Below, one piece after another: positions 53,177-62,530 of a stretch of DNA of 64,000 nt. Position 1 is the stretch's first letter. Each line of letters opens with the position of its first letter. The notes under the pieces are model-generated. The model was not told the DNA's origin, made no database searches, and saw nothing but the letters and a program-made list of their open reading frames with translations. The DNA is from Nanobdellota archaeon (GTDB lineage: Archaea > Nanobdellota > Nanobdellia > Pacearchaeales > GW2011-AR1), in contig DAOWGX010000018.1 in NCBI GenBank assembly GCA_030641715.1, forward strand, positions 35,752-99,751. Reading direction: 5' to 3'. Made by a program: the position numbers and the translations under genes.

Positions 53177-53606
53177 AGTAGATTATAAAAATTTGAAAAA
53201 GTTGTGCGATAGGAAGATGATGAGGAAGTATATTGATATGAAAGATAGATTTAAATCTGAGATTAAAGGAAATCCCCTAGTTTATACCGTTTATATTAAA
53301 GATTTCGGAAGTTTTGAAACGGGTTTAACTGTGATTGAATCTGGGAAAGTTGGAAAGGAATATTTTATGACTAGGGGACACAGGCATAAGAATCCTATCG
53401 AGGAGGTTTATATGTTGATTAGAGGAAGTGGAAGAATTCTAATTAAAGAAAAAAAAAGTGTTAAAAAAATAAATATGAAAAAGGGTAAAATTTATCTTAT
53501 TCCCGGCAGGTCCGGGCATAGACTTATCAACGTCGGGAAAAATCGTTTAGAAGTTTTTACAGTTTATAGCAAAGATGGGGGGTATGATTATGGTTTCGAA
53601 TTCTAA
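53169..53606 (+). CDS. pgiA: cupin-type glucose-6-phosphate isomerase
   Basis: EYFMTRGHRHKNPIEEVY..GHRLIN cupin metal motifs, as in archaeal cPGI. Confidence 0.7.
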   Translation: MIEVDYKNLKKLCDRKMMRKYIDMKDRFKSEIKGNPLVYTVYIKDFGSFETGLTVIESGKVGKEYFMTRGHRHKNPIEEVYMLIRGSGRILIKEKKSVKKINMKKGKIYLIPGRSGHRLINVGKNRLEVFTVYSKDGGYDYGFEF

Positions 53607-54768
53607 AAATTCGAAGAGGAAGGTAGACTTGTTAGAAAAGAGTGAGGAAGTAATTAAATCTTTGCAGTTAAAAAATGGAGGTATACTTGCAACTCCGAAA
53701 GATGCGGCCTATCCTTATATTTATACGAGGGATAGTGTGATTATTAGTAAAGCATTAAACAGGATAGGAATGGTTGACGCGTCTGAAAAATTTTATTATT
53801 TTATGAAAAAGGCTGTTAAAATAGAAAATTATAAAGAGGTTTTTCAGAGGTATACTTCTTCGGGATTTCCTTCGGTAACGAGAAAAGTGCAAAATGATAA
53901 TGAGGGATTGTTGTTGCATGGGATATATGATACTTATTTGCATAATAAAAAAGAAACTTTTATTGAAAATATGTGGATTACGGTAGAGATGGTCGTCGGG
54001 CTTATCTTTTCTTATTCTGGTACTGGGTTGGTTAAAACTAATTCGAGTATTCATGAATATAAGAAGCTCGAAAAGGGTTATGATCTCTGGGTAAATTGTG
54101 CTTGTTATCGAGGGTTGAAGGATGCATCGAAGATTGCGGAGATATTGAATCACAAAAAAGAAAGCAAGGATTGGGATAAGAGGGCGGAGAAGATAAAAAG
54201 GAATATTGAGAAGAAATTATTTGATAAGAAACTTAAAGTTTTTATTAAGAATAAGAGATTTCCTGATTCTCCGGATATTTCTCAGTTAGCTCCGTTTTAT
54301 TTTGATGTCGTCGATGATAAGAAAATTTTGAGAAGTACTTTGGCCTATTTGCGGAAACGGATATGGGATGGCGAGATTGGAGGGTTTAGAAGGTTTAGAA
54401 AGTTTGAAGTTTGTGACGATTGGCATTGGTATACTGGAGGTTCTGGGAGTTGGTGTGCTCTCACTGCGATTGCGGCTAGATTTTATAAAAAGTTGAACAA
54501 TAAAAAGGGTTATGACGAATGTGTTAAATGGTTGAGGGAAGTTTCTTTTTTCTCTGACGGATTTTTGCCGGAGCATATTGCGACGAAGGAGGAGTATGAT
54601 GATTGGAAGTCTCATGAGATTGAGTTTAATTCGAGGATTTTGAATGAGATGAAAAAAGCTGAGAAGTCTGTTAAGAATTTTAGGGCGAGGAAGATGGTTT
54701 ATTGGGCGAATCCGTTGGGTTGGAGTCATGCGGAATATATTTTGTTAAGGAAAGGAGATTTGAAATGA
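53575..54768 (+). CDS. glycoside hydrolase family 15 (glucoamylase-like)
   Basis: GGILATP..YPYIYTRDS, (alpha/alpha)6-type repeats, WANPLGWSHAEYIL. Confidence 0.7.
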   Translation: MGGMIMVSNSKNSKRKVDLLEKSEEVIKSLQLKNGGILATPKDAAYPYIYTRDSVIISKALNRIGMVDASEKFYYFMKKAVKIENYKEVFQRYTSSGFPSVTRKVQNDNEGLLLHGIYDTYLHNKKETFIENMWITVEMVVGLIFSYSGTGLVKTNSSIHEYKKLEKGYDLWVNCACYRGLKDASKIAEILNHKKESKDWDKRAEKIKRNIEKKLFDKKLKVFIKNKRFPDSPDISQLAPFYFDVVDDKKILRSTLAYLRKRIWDGEIGGFRRFRKFEVCDDWHWYTGGSGSWCALTAIAARFYKKLNNKKGYDECVKWLREVSFFSDGFLPEHIATKEEYDDWKSHEIEFNSRILNEMKKAEKSVKNFRARKMVYWANPLGWSHAEYILLRKGDLK

Positions 54769-55394
54769 AACCGATTGTTATTGTGAATTTTAAAACGTAT
54801 AAACAAGGTAGGGACGCTGTTGATTTAGCTAAGCAGGTTGAAAAAGTTGATAAGGAAATCCTCGTCGGTGTTCAGGCAAGTGATATCTATGAAATTGTTA
54901 GAAAGACTAAATTAAAAGTTTATAGTCAGCATGTTGATTTTTTAGAAAAGGGACGGGCGACGGGATTTGTTCTTCCCGAGGCTGTTAAGGGTGATAAGGC
55001 TGTTGGAAGTTTTTTGAATCATTCCGAACATAAATTAAAATTAGATGTTTTGAAAAAGACTATGAAGAGGTGTGGTGAGGTTGGATTGAAGACGGTAGTT
55101 TTTGCTTCTTCGTTGGCGGAAGCTCTGAAGATTGAAAAGTTGAAACCTGATTATTTGATAATAGAACCTCCGGAACTTGTTGGTGGGAAGGTTTCTGTTT
55201 CTAAGTCTAAGCCCGGGTTGATTGAAGGGATAAAGAAGAAATTGAAGATGAAGTTTCTCGTCGGTGCGGGGATTCACTCTTCGGAGGATTTGAGGATTGC
55301 GATGAAACTTGGGGCTTCGGGGATTGCGGTTAGTTCGGCTATTTGTAATGCTAAAAATCCTGAAAAGAAATTGCGAGACTTGGTAAGAGGATGA
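54765..55394 (+). CDS. tpiA: triosephosphate isomerase (archaeal short form)
   Basis: IVNFKTY, LNHSEHK, IIEPPELVG; ATGA overlap with the GH15 gene. Confidence 0.85.
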   Translation: MKPIVIVNFKTYKQGRDAVDLAKQVEKVDKEILVGVQASDIYEIVRKTKLKVYSQHVDFLEKGRATGFVLPEAVKGDKAVGSFLNHSEHKLKLDVLKKTMKRCGEVGLKTVVFASSLAEALKIEKLKPDYLIIEPPELVGGKVSVSKSKPGLIEGIKKKLKMKFLVGAGIHSSEDLRIAMKLGASGIAVSSAICNAKNPEKKLRDLVRG

Positions 55395-55816
55395 AAGAAA
55401 AAATACTTTTGAATATATTGCATGAAGTGCAAGATAGGGAGGGTTATCTTTCTGAAAAAAGTTTAAAAGAGATTAGTAAAAAATATGATATTCCTATTTC
55501 AAAGCTTTACAGCGTCGCTACATTTTATACGATGTTGAGAATTAAAGAACAGGGGAAATATGTTATAGAGTTATGCGGGTCTCCGAGTTGTGTTTTAAAT
55601 AAAAGTAGGGAGATAGAGAAATTTTTAGAGAAGGAATTAAAAATCGAAATTGGAGAAACTAGTAAGGATGGATTATTTTCAGTTTACAAGACTTCGTGTA
55701 TCGGGTGTTGCGATGAAGCTCCAGCGATGCTGATTAATGGAGAACCTTATACGAAACTGACGGTTAAACGAGTTAAGGAAATTTTAGGGGAGTTGAGAAA
55801 AAATGCAAATACTTAG
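55391..55816 (+). CDS. NuoE/HydC-like [2Fe-2S] thioredoxin-fold subunit
   Basis: CGSPSC..CIGCC four-Cys pattern; ATGA overlap with tpiA. Confidence 0.8.
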   Translation: MKEKILLNILHEVQDREGYLSEKSLKEISKKYDIPISKLYSVATFYTMLRIKEQGKYVIELCGSPSCVLNKSREIEKFLEKELKIEIGETSKDGLFSVYKTSCIGCCDEAPAMLINGEPYTKLTVKRVKEILGELRKNANT

Positions 55817-56918
55817 GGAGACGAAGTTGGAAGGGTTGAAGTTGGCTAGGAAAATTGGGAGGGAGAGGGTTCTTGAGGTTTTATCTGAGAAGAGATTGAT
55901 TGGTCGAGGAGGTGCGGGTTTTTCTGTTGCGAAGAAGTGGGAGATAGCGTTGGGTGTGAAAGCAAAAGAAAGATATGTTATATGTAATGCCGACGAGGGC
56001 GAGCCCGGGACTTTTAAGGATAAGTTTATTTTGAAGAATAATTCGGAGACGATGATTGAGGGGTTGTTGATTGCTGCTTATGTTTTAGGGGCTAAGAGAT
56101 GTTTTATTTATCTTCGAGGAGAGTACGATTATTTGAGGGGGGAGCTCGAGGAAAAAGTAAGGGAGGTTTTGAAGGAGTCTAAGATGAAAGTTTCGATTGA
56201 AATTGTCCGGGGTGCGGGAGCGTATATTTGTGGAGAGGAAACGGCGATTTTGCAGTCGATGATGGGGAATCGGGGTAATGCGATGTATAAGCCTCCGCGT
56301 CCAACTGTTTCAGGGTTATGGGGTAAGCCGACTGTTTTGAATAATGTCGAGACGTTAACATGTGTTCCTCAGGCGTTGGTATACGAGGATTGGAATCCCG
56401 ATTATAGGCTGTTTTCTATTTCTGGGGATGTGAGTCATCCAGGGGTTTACGAATGGGAATTGGGGATTAAAATGTCGACGATTTTGGAGGTTGTTAAGCC
56501 GAAGGAGAAACTTAAAGCGATGTCTTTTGGTTGTTTTGGAGGGATTATGCCTGTTAAGAAAAATTTGTCTATTTCTCAGGATACCCTATGTAAAAATGAT
56601 TGTCAGCATGGGGCGTTTAGTATTATTTTTATCGGGGAGAGGCATAACGTCGTCGATATTTGTTTGAGTATTGCGAAATTTTATACTTATGAATCTTGTG
56701 GGAAATGTACCCCGTGCAGGGAGGGGACAATAAGGTTGGTTAATTTGTTGAAAAAAATAAAAAACAGGGATGCTGACGAGGGTGATGTGAAATTGTTGAA
56801 AGAGTTTGCGGAGCATATTCAGGAAACGAGTTTGTGCGGATTGGGGCAGTCTTGCGGGAATCATATTTTGACGAGTCTTAAACATTTTAGGAAAGATTAT
56901 AGGGAGTATATAAAATGA
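55803..56918 (+). CDS. NuoF/HydB-like NAD(H)- and FMN-binding subunit (short form)
   Basis: GRGGAGF, CNADEGEPGTFKD, SCGKCTPCREG..LCGLGQS. Confidence 0.85.
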   Translation: MQILRETKLEGLKLARKIGRERVLEVLSEKRLIGRGGAGFSVAKKWEIALGVKAKERYVICNADEGEPGTFKDKFILKNNSETMIEGLLIAAYVLGAKRCFIYLRGEYDYLRGELEEKVREVLKESKMKVSIEIVRGAGAYICGEETAILQSMMGNRGNAMYKPPRPTVSGLWGKPTVLNNVETLTCVPQALVYEDWNPDYRLFSISGDVSHPGVYEWELGIKMSTILEVVKPKEKLKAMSFGCFGGIMPVKKNLSISQDTLCKNDCQHGAFSIIFIGERHNVVDICLSIAKFYTYESCGKCTPCREGTIRLVNLLKKIKNRDADEGDVKLLKEFAEHIQETSLCGLGQSCGNHILTSLKHFRKDYREYIK

Positions 56919-58582
56919 GAATTAGCGTCGACGGGAAACGATTGGAGGTTGATGGGGAGAAGACTATCCTGGAGATTTGCAAGGGGTTAGGTATTAAGAT
57001 TCCGACGCTATGTTATCATAAAAGTTTGTTTCCAGAGGCCAGGTGTAGGTTGTGTCTTGTTGACCTCGACGGTAAATTGGTGACTGCGTGTTCGACTAAG
57101 GCGGGGGAGGGTTCTGAAATTATTACAGATTCTAAGAGGGTTTTGAAAGCGAGGAGGAGGAATATGGAGTTGATGAATCCTGGGGCGAATATTAGTGAGT
57201 TGTCGGATGATTTTGAGGCGAGGGAAATTTATGAGCAGGTTGGTTTGGACAACGAGAGGTTTAAGCCGATTAAGAATTATCTTCCGGAACTTGGTGCGGC
57301 ACTTGTGAGGGATAATAATAAGTGTATTAATTGCGGGCGGTGTGTTCAAGTTTGTGAAAAGATTCAGGCTATCTCGGCGGTGGATTTTGCGAGCCGGGCT
57401 CATAATGAACATGTGACTCCTTATAATGAAAAGCATTTGTCCGAGATTGCGTGTATAAAATGCGGGCAGTGTTTGATTAATTGTCCTGTCGGGGCCATCT
57501 CTGAGAGGTCGCATTTGAAAGAGGTCATCAAGGCGTTGGAGAATCCTAAGAAGCATGTTGTTGCACAGACGGCACCGTCGATAAGGGCGGCGTTGGGGGA
57601 ACTTTTCGATATGGAAGCTGGGACTTTGGTGACGGGGAAAATGGTTACAGCGTTGAGGAAGTGCGGTTTTGATAAGGTGTTCGACGTGGATTTGGGTGCA
57701 GACATTACGATAATGGAAGAGTCTGCAGAGTTGTTGAAAAGGATAAAGAAAGGAGGACCTTTTCCAATGATTACGACGTGTTGTCCTAGCTGGATTTTAA
57801 TGATGGAACATTTTTATCCTGAATTGATTCCTAATATGTCGACGTGTAAGAGTCCGCATGAGATGTTGGGGATGCTTATTAAAACGTATTATGCGGAGAA
57901 GGCGAAGGTGAATCCGAAGGATATTGTCGTCGTGAGTATAATGCCTTGTGTTGCGAAAAAGTTTGAGTCGACGCGTCCTGAGTTGAATACAGAGGTTGAT
58001 TATGTTCTCACGACGAGGGAGTTGGGGAGGTTGATTAAGCAGAAGAAAATTGATTTTGTGAATCTCGAGGAGCAGGATTTTGACCCGACTCTTGGGATTG
58101 CGAGCGGGGCTGGGGATATTTTTGGGAATGCCGGGGGAGTGATGGAGGCAGCGTTGAGGACGGGTTATGAGGTTGCTACAGGGAAAAGATTGAAGAGCGT
58201 TGAGTTTGGTAGTCTTCGGAATTTTGAGGGGATAAAAACAGGTTCGATAAAATTGGGTGATAAGACTATTAGGTATGCTTGTGCGAATGGCGGGGCGAAT
58301 ATTCGGAAGTTATTGAAGGATAAGGATAAGTATCATTTTATGGAGATGATGGTTTGCCCTGGAGGGTGTGTCGGAGGAGGAGGACAGCCGATTTATTTTG
58401 ACGAGGATGTTTTGAAGTTGAGGAGTAAGGCGTTGTATGAGCAGGATTCGAAGAAGGAATTGAGGAGGTCGCATGAGAATCCGATTGTTAAGGAAATTTA
58501 TAAGAAGTATTTGGGGAAACCGTTGAGTCGGAAGGCGGAGAGGTTGTTGCATACGAGGTATCGGAAGAGGGATGGGTTTTGA
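56915..58582 (+). CDS. hydA: [FeFe]-hydrogenase catalytic subunit
   Basis: H-cluster motifs TTCCPSW (L1), MPCVAKKFE (L2), EMMVCPGGCVGGGGQP (L3); N-terminal 2Fe-2S domain; two CxxCxxCxxxCP ferredoxin motifs. Confidence 0.9.
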   Translation: MRISVDGKRLEVDGEKTILEICKGLGIKIPTLCYHKSLFPEARCRLCLVDLDGKLVTACSTKAGEGSEIITDSKRVLKARRRNMELMNPGANISELSDDFEAREIYEQVGLDNERFKPIKNYLPELGAALVRDNNKCINCGRCVQVCEKIQAISAVDFASRAHNEHVTPYNEKHLSEIACIKCGQCLINCPVGAISERSHLKEVIKALENPKKHVVAQTAPSIRAALGELFDMEAGTLVTGKMVTALRKCGFDKVFDVDLGADITIMEESAELLKRIKKGGPFPMITTCCPSWILMMEHFYPELIPNMSTCKSPHEMLGMLIKTYYAEKAKVNPKDIVVVSIMPCVAKKFESTRPELNTEVDYVLTTRELGRLIKQKKIDFVNLEEQDFDPTLGIASGAGDIFGNAGGVMEAALRTGYEVATGKRLKSVEFGSLRNFEGIKTGSIKLGDKTIRYACANGGANIRKLLKDKDKYHFMEMMVCPGGCVGGGGQPIYFDEDVLKLRSKALYEQDSKKELRRSHENPIVKEIYKKYLGKPLSRKAERLLHTRYRKRDGF

Positions 58583-58687
58583 GGGGGTGTGCGGTAACTG
58601 TTAATTTTTCTTCTAAATCTCCCTTTATTAATTATTAAATAGTAACGTTATAGGGATCTTTATAAATTATATATTTCTGAAAAATGT

Positions 58688-59641
58688 ATGGAAAAGATTA
58701 AACTAGGAGGGGGAACAATAGAGTCCCATTTTGGAGAAAGTATAGACAAAACACCAGAACTTTTAGCAAGGTATGACAAAGGTGAAGGAGTTATTCTTTC
58801 GGAAGCAGATATTAGACTTTTAGGTATTAGAAATTTTAGGGACGTATCAATTATAGCAAATAATGAATGGATTACTTCAACACTCTTAGCAGCAAAAGGG
58901 GAAACTATGAAAGTTATTTTACCTTATGAAATTGGAAGTAGAGAACTAACAGAATCTGCAAGATTTGGTTTAGGTTTAATTAATCCTAATGAAGATTTAG
59001 TTAATTATGAGGTAAACTTGGATGTTGATGGTAGATGGGAGAAGCTAGAAGGGAATGGAGTTTATACTTTACAAAGAAGAGATCTAGTTTTTAATAAAAG
59101 TTTGACAGAAGCTCAAGCCATGAAGCATGGGTTACTTCTGACAAAGTTGGGACACCCAGATTATGTTGATTCTAAATTTGCAAGGTCTAAAGACGAAGTT
59201 GCAGAAATTATTGGAAAAACTTTTGAATTAAGAAAAAGTGAACGTGGTTATGATACAATGATGGCCCAGTATATGCCTGATGTTAGTGATAAAGGAATTT
59301 TGAAAACGTGGCGTGTTGGTAATCTCAACGAGGGGGCTATATCGAATGCGAGGGTGTGGTTCGTCCAGGACTATGGGCGGTTCGCCTTTGATAGCGTCGG
59401 AGACACTAAAATATACTCCGAAAGCGTTGAAGTAGATAAAGCAAGAGCTCAACTTCAAAGTTTAGAAGGAATGTTGCAAACTGGCCAAATTGACAAAATT
59501 AGAAGTGCTTTAGATGAAAGAGATAGATTGAGAGATAATGTATTAACAACTGACCAAATTTATTCTGCAATTGGGGGCTATATTGGTTCTGCTAATGAAG
59601 GTGACGTGAGAAAAGTTATTGATAAGTTGACGAGTCAATAG
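58688..59641 (+). CDS. hypothetical protein
   Basis: 317-aa AT-rich ORF; TATA 58658-58667 at exact leaderless spacing. Confidence 0.45.
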   Translation: MEKIKLGGGTIESHFGESIDKTPELLARYDKGEGVILSEADIRLLGIRNFRDVSIIANNEWITSTLLAAKGETMKVILPYEIGSRELTESARFGLGLINPNEDLVNYEVNLDVDGRWEKLEGNGVYTLQRRDLVFNKSLTEAQAMKHGLLLTKLGHPDYVDSKFARSKDEVAEIIGKTFELRKSERGYDTMMAQYMPDVSDKGILKTWRVGNLNEGAISNARVWFVQDYGRFAFDSVGDTKIYSESVEVDKARAQLQSLEGMLQTGQIDKIRSALDERDRLRDNVLTTDQIYSAIGGYIGSANEGDVRKVIDKLTSQ

Positions 59642-59692
59642 ATTTATTATTTTGATAAATAGTTTTTTAAACATCCGAAGTCTTTTATCTCC

Positions 59693-60523
59693 ATGAAAGT
59701 TTCTAGAGGTGGTAAGATTGTAGCGGTTGATTTGGGTGGGACGAATATACGAGTTGCTCTTATTAAAAATAAAAAAATTCTAAAATATCATAAGGAAAAA
59801 ACTCCGAAGACTTCGAAGGAAATTAAGGCTAAAATCTTTGAACTCGTTGGGAGTTATATGTCTGGTGATGTGAAAGGCATCGCTGTTGCGGTTCCTGGAT
59901 CGTTAAAAGATGGGATAGTAAAAGTTATACCGAACTTACCTTTGAGAAATTATAATTTGAAAGAAGCGTTGCAGAATAAATTCAAGGTTCCGGTGGTTGT
60001 TAAGAATGATGCTGATTGTGTTGCTTTTGCGGAATTAAAACTTGGTTGTAGGAAGAAGAATTTTATTATTTTGACTCTTGGGACGGGGATAGGGGGAGGT
60101 GTTGTTATCGACGGTAAACTTTATAGAGGAGAGGGATACGGTGGGGAGTTGGGACATATTGTATTGGATGATGGTAAGGATTTTGAGAGTTTAGCGGCTT
60201 CGAAGAGGTTGCGGAGGGTGACGAGGGAAGTTTTTGGGGAGTCGAAATTGTTTAGTGAGTTGATGAAGATGGGGGATGTGAGGGCTCGGAGAATATTGGA
60301 AGAGTTTACGAAATATTACGGGCAGGGGATTGCGTCTATTGTGAATTGTTTTGATCCGGAGGTTGTTATTTTAGCTGGGGGGGTGAGTGAGTGTGGGGAT
60401 GGATTTTTGAAGATGGTGAGGAAACATTCGGTGAGGTATTTTCATTTTCCGAAGAGGACTCCGATTTTGTGGAGTGGGTTGAAGCATCCGGGAGTGTTGG
60501 GGGCGAGTTTGTATTTTGAGTGA
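59693..60523 (+). CDS. ROK-family glucokinase
   Basis: VAVDLGGTNIRVAL, GTGIGGGVV..GGELGHI. Confidence 0.8.
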   Translation: MKVSRGGKIVAVDLGGTNIRVALIKNKKILKYHKEKTPKTSKEIKAKIFELVGSYMSGDVKGIAVAVPGSLKDGIVKVIPNLPLRNYNLKEALQNKFKVPVVVKNDADCVAFAELKLGCRKKNFIILTLGTGIGGGVVIDGKLYRGEGYGGELGHIVLDDGKDFESLAASKRLRRVTREVFGESKLFSELMKMGDVRARRILEEFTKYYGQGIASIVNCFDPEVVILAGGVSECGDGFLKMVRKHSVRYFHFPKRTPILWSGLKHPGVLGASLYFE

Positions 60524-60603
60524 GAGATTGATTCTAATTGACTTCAGAGTTTTTATGACTACTTAATCGGAATATTTATAAATAATGTAGTCATAAAGAT
60601 TGG

Positions 60604-61500
60604 ATGGTTCACACAGAGATACAGGAGAAGAATGGGAGGAAATATTATTATAGGGTTAAGTCTGTAAGAGAGCGGGAGAAGGTGAGGAAAGAAAGAATTT
60701 ATCTCGGAGTTAATTTAAGAAGAGAAGAATTGAAAATGAAAGAGAAGGGAGCTGATAAAAAATTAAATATTTTTGATGTTTTGTTAACGGAAGATGAAGA
60801 GAAATTTTTAGGGCAGATTAAAAGAGATTTTTCAAGAGAGCCTAAGGAAAATTACGAGAATAGGTATGAGGTTTTTTGTTCTTTGTTTGCTTATGACTCT
60901 ACGGGTATCGAGGGGAATACGATGACGTTTTCGGAAACATCTCATTTATTGTTTGATGGAATCGTTCCACGGGCGAAATCGTTGAGAGAGGTTCATGAGG
61001 TTTTGAATCATAAAAAAGCATTTGATTACATGTTGGAATATAGCGGAGATTTAACCGGGCAGTTTGTTTTAAATTTGCATACTTTGGTCGTTGCAAATAC
61101 CTTGAGAGAAGATTTGGTTCCTCAGGTTGGGAGATACAGGAATGTTCAAGTTTTTGTCGGAAGGTCTGTTCCTCCCAAGCCTTTTGAAGTTCCAAAAAAG
61201 ATGGCTACACTTTTGAGGTGGTATTCTAAAAATAAAAAAATTCTTCATCCAGTAGTTTTAGCATCATATTTTCATACTGAATTTGAAAAAATTCATCCTT
61301 TTGTCGACGGGAATGGGAGAGTGGGGAGATTATTGATGAATTTTATTTTGCATAAGAATAAGTATCCTATGATAAATATTCCTAAAAAAAGAAAATTTAA
61401 ATATTATGAGGTTTTGCAAAGTGCTCAGTATAAGGGAAATTTAGGGTCTTTTGTTAGATATTTGATAAGTATTTTAAAGAAGGATATGTTGAGGTTTTAA
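60604..61500 (+). CDS. Fic-domain protein
   Basis: HPFVDGNGRVGR Fic motif; TATA 60574-60583. Confidence 0.85.
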   Translation: MVHTEIQEKNGRKYYYRVKSVREREKVRKERIYLGVNLRREELKMKEKGADKKLNIFDVLLTEDEEKFLGQIKRDFSREPKENYENRYEVFCSLFAYDSTGIEGNTMTFSETSHLLFDGIVPRAKSLREVHEVLNHKKAFDYMLEYSGDLTGQFVLNLHTLVVANTLREDLVPQVGRYRNVQVFVGRSVPPKPFEVPKKMATLLRWYSKNKKILHPVVLASYFHTEFEKIHPFVDGNGRVGRLLMNFILHKNKYPMINIPKKRKFKYYEVLQSAQYKGNLGSFVRYLISILKKDMLRF

Positions 61501-61545
61501 GGTTTTGGATAAGTGAACAAATGATTTATAAATATTGATTGTTGG

Positions 61546-62088
61546 ATTAGTGAGAGGTTAAAGATAGGGAAGACTGAAGAAAATCTAAAGGTTGCGTTTG
61601 CTGGTGAGAGTCAGGCGAGGAATAAGTATACTTATTTTGCGAAGGTTGCGAGGAAGGAGGGTTATCATTATGTTGCTAAGATTTTTGAGGAGACTGCGGA
61701 GAACGAGGGGCAGCACGCGAAGGACGAGTTTAAGTTGTTGAAGGGTATCGGGGACACCAAGGCGAATTTGAAGGCTGCGGTTGAGGGGGAACGTTATGAG
61801 ACTGAAGAGATGTATCCGAAGTTTGCGAAGGAGGCTCGGGAAGAGGGCGAGGAGGGGGCAGCGATGTTGTTTGAACAGATTGCGAAGGTTGAGAAGGGGC
61901 ATGAGGAGGGGTATAGGAAGCTTCTGGAGAAGGTTGAGAAGGGGACGGTTTTTAAGAGGGATAAGCCGATAAGGTGGAAATGCAGTAAGTGTGGGCATAT
62001 TCATGAGGGGATGGAGCCTCCTGGGACGTGTCCGTCGTGTAAGCATCCGAGGGAGTATTTTGAGCCTGAGTGTATGTGTTTTGAATAA
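61546..62088 (+). CDS. rbr: rubrerythrin (5' boundary unresolved: no ATG/GTG/TTG upstream of the conserved N-terminus)
   Basis: in-frame KTEENLKVAFAGESQARNKY..EENEGQHA..EGERYE..EKGHE di-iron helices plus C-terminal rubredoxin CSKCG..CPSC; the first in-frame ATG is at 61735. Confidence 0.75.
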   Translation: MSERLKIGKTEENLKVAFAGESQARNKYTYFAKVARKEGYHYVAKIFEETAENEGQHAKDEFKLLKGIGDTKANLKAAVEGERYETEEMYPKFAKEAREEGEEGAAMLFEQIAKVEKGHEEGYRKLLEKVEKGTVFKRDKPIRWKCSKCGHIHEGMEPPGTCPSCKHPREYFEPECMCFE

Positions 62089-62144
62089 GAGTTTGACTTG
62101 TTAATCTGAGAGAATATTTAAATATTGATAGAATATCTGTTTTT

Positions 62145-62519
62145 ATGGATAACAATATTATTTGGCAACCGTGTAGCATTTATCAACCAGGTTATAGTTT
62201 TGGTATTCTGCTAGATAAGGAATTCGCGAAAGAAATGTTTAATTCGAAATTATCTCCTGAAAATTATCAAAGAATGCAATGTCTACCGAAAGAGTTAATG
62301 GGATTTACAAACCCTGAACCTTATAGATTTCATGGGGATACTTGTTTTGTAAGACAAATTAATCTTCATGTTGGGGATGGGAAGTTTTTATCTTTGGAAA
62401 ATGCGTGTGGTGGTGCGAAACCTAATTTTGATTATAGAACCTCTTCTTCAGATGTGTTGACATTGATGGGATTGTTTGATTTATGGGTGGAATTTTCTGA
62501 ATGCATAAGAGATAAGTGA
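62145..62519 (+). CDS. hypothetical protein
   Basis: 124-aa ORF; TATA 62115-62124 at leaderless spacing. Confidence 0.4.
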   Translation: MDNNIIWQPCSIYQPGYSFGILLDKEFAKEMFNSKLSPENYQRMQCLPKELMGFTNPEPYRFHGDTCFVRQINLHVGDGKFLSLENACGGAKPNFDYRTSSSDVLTLMGLFDLWVEFSECIRDK

Positions 62520-62530
62520 AGGATTTATTT

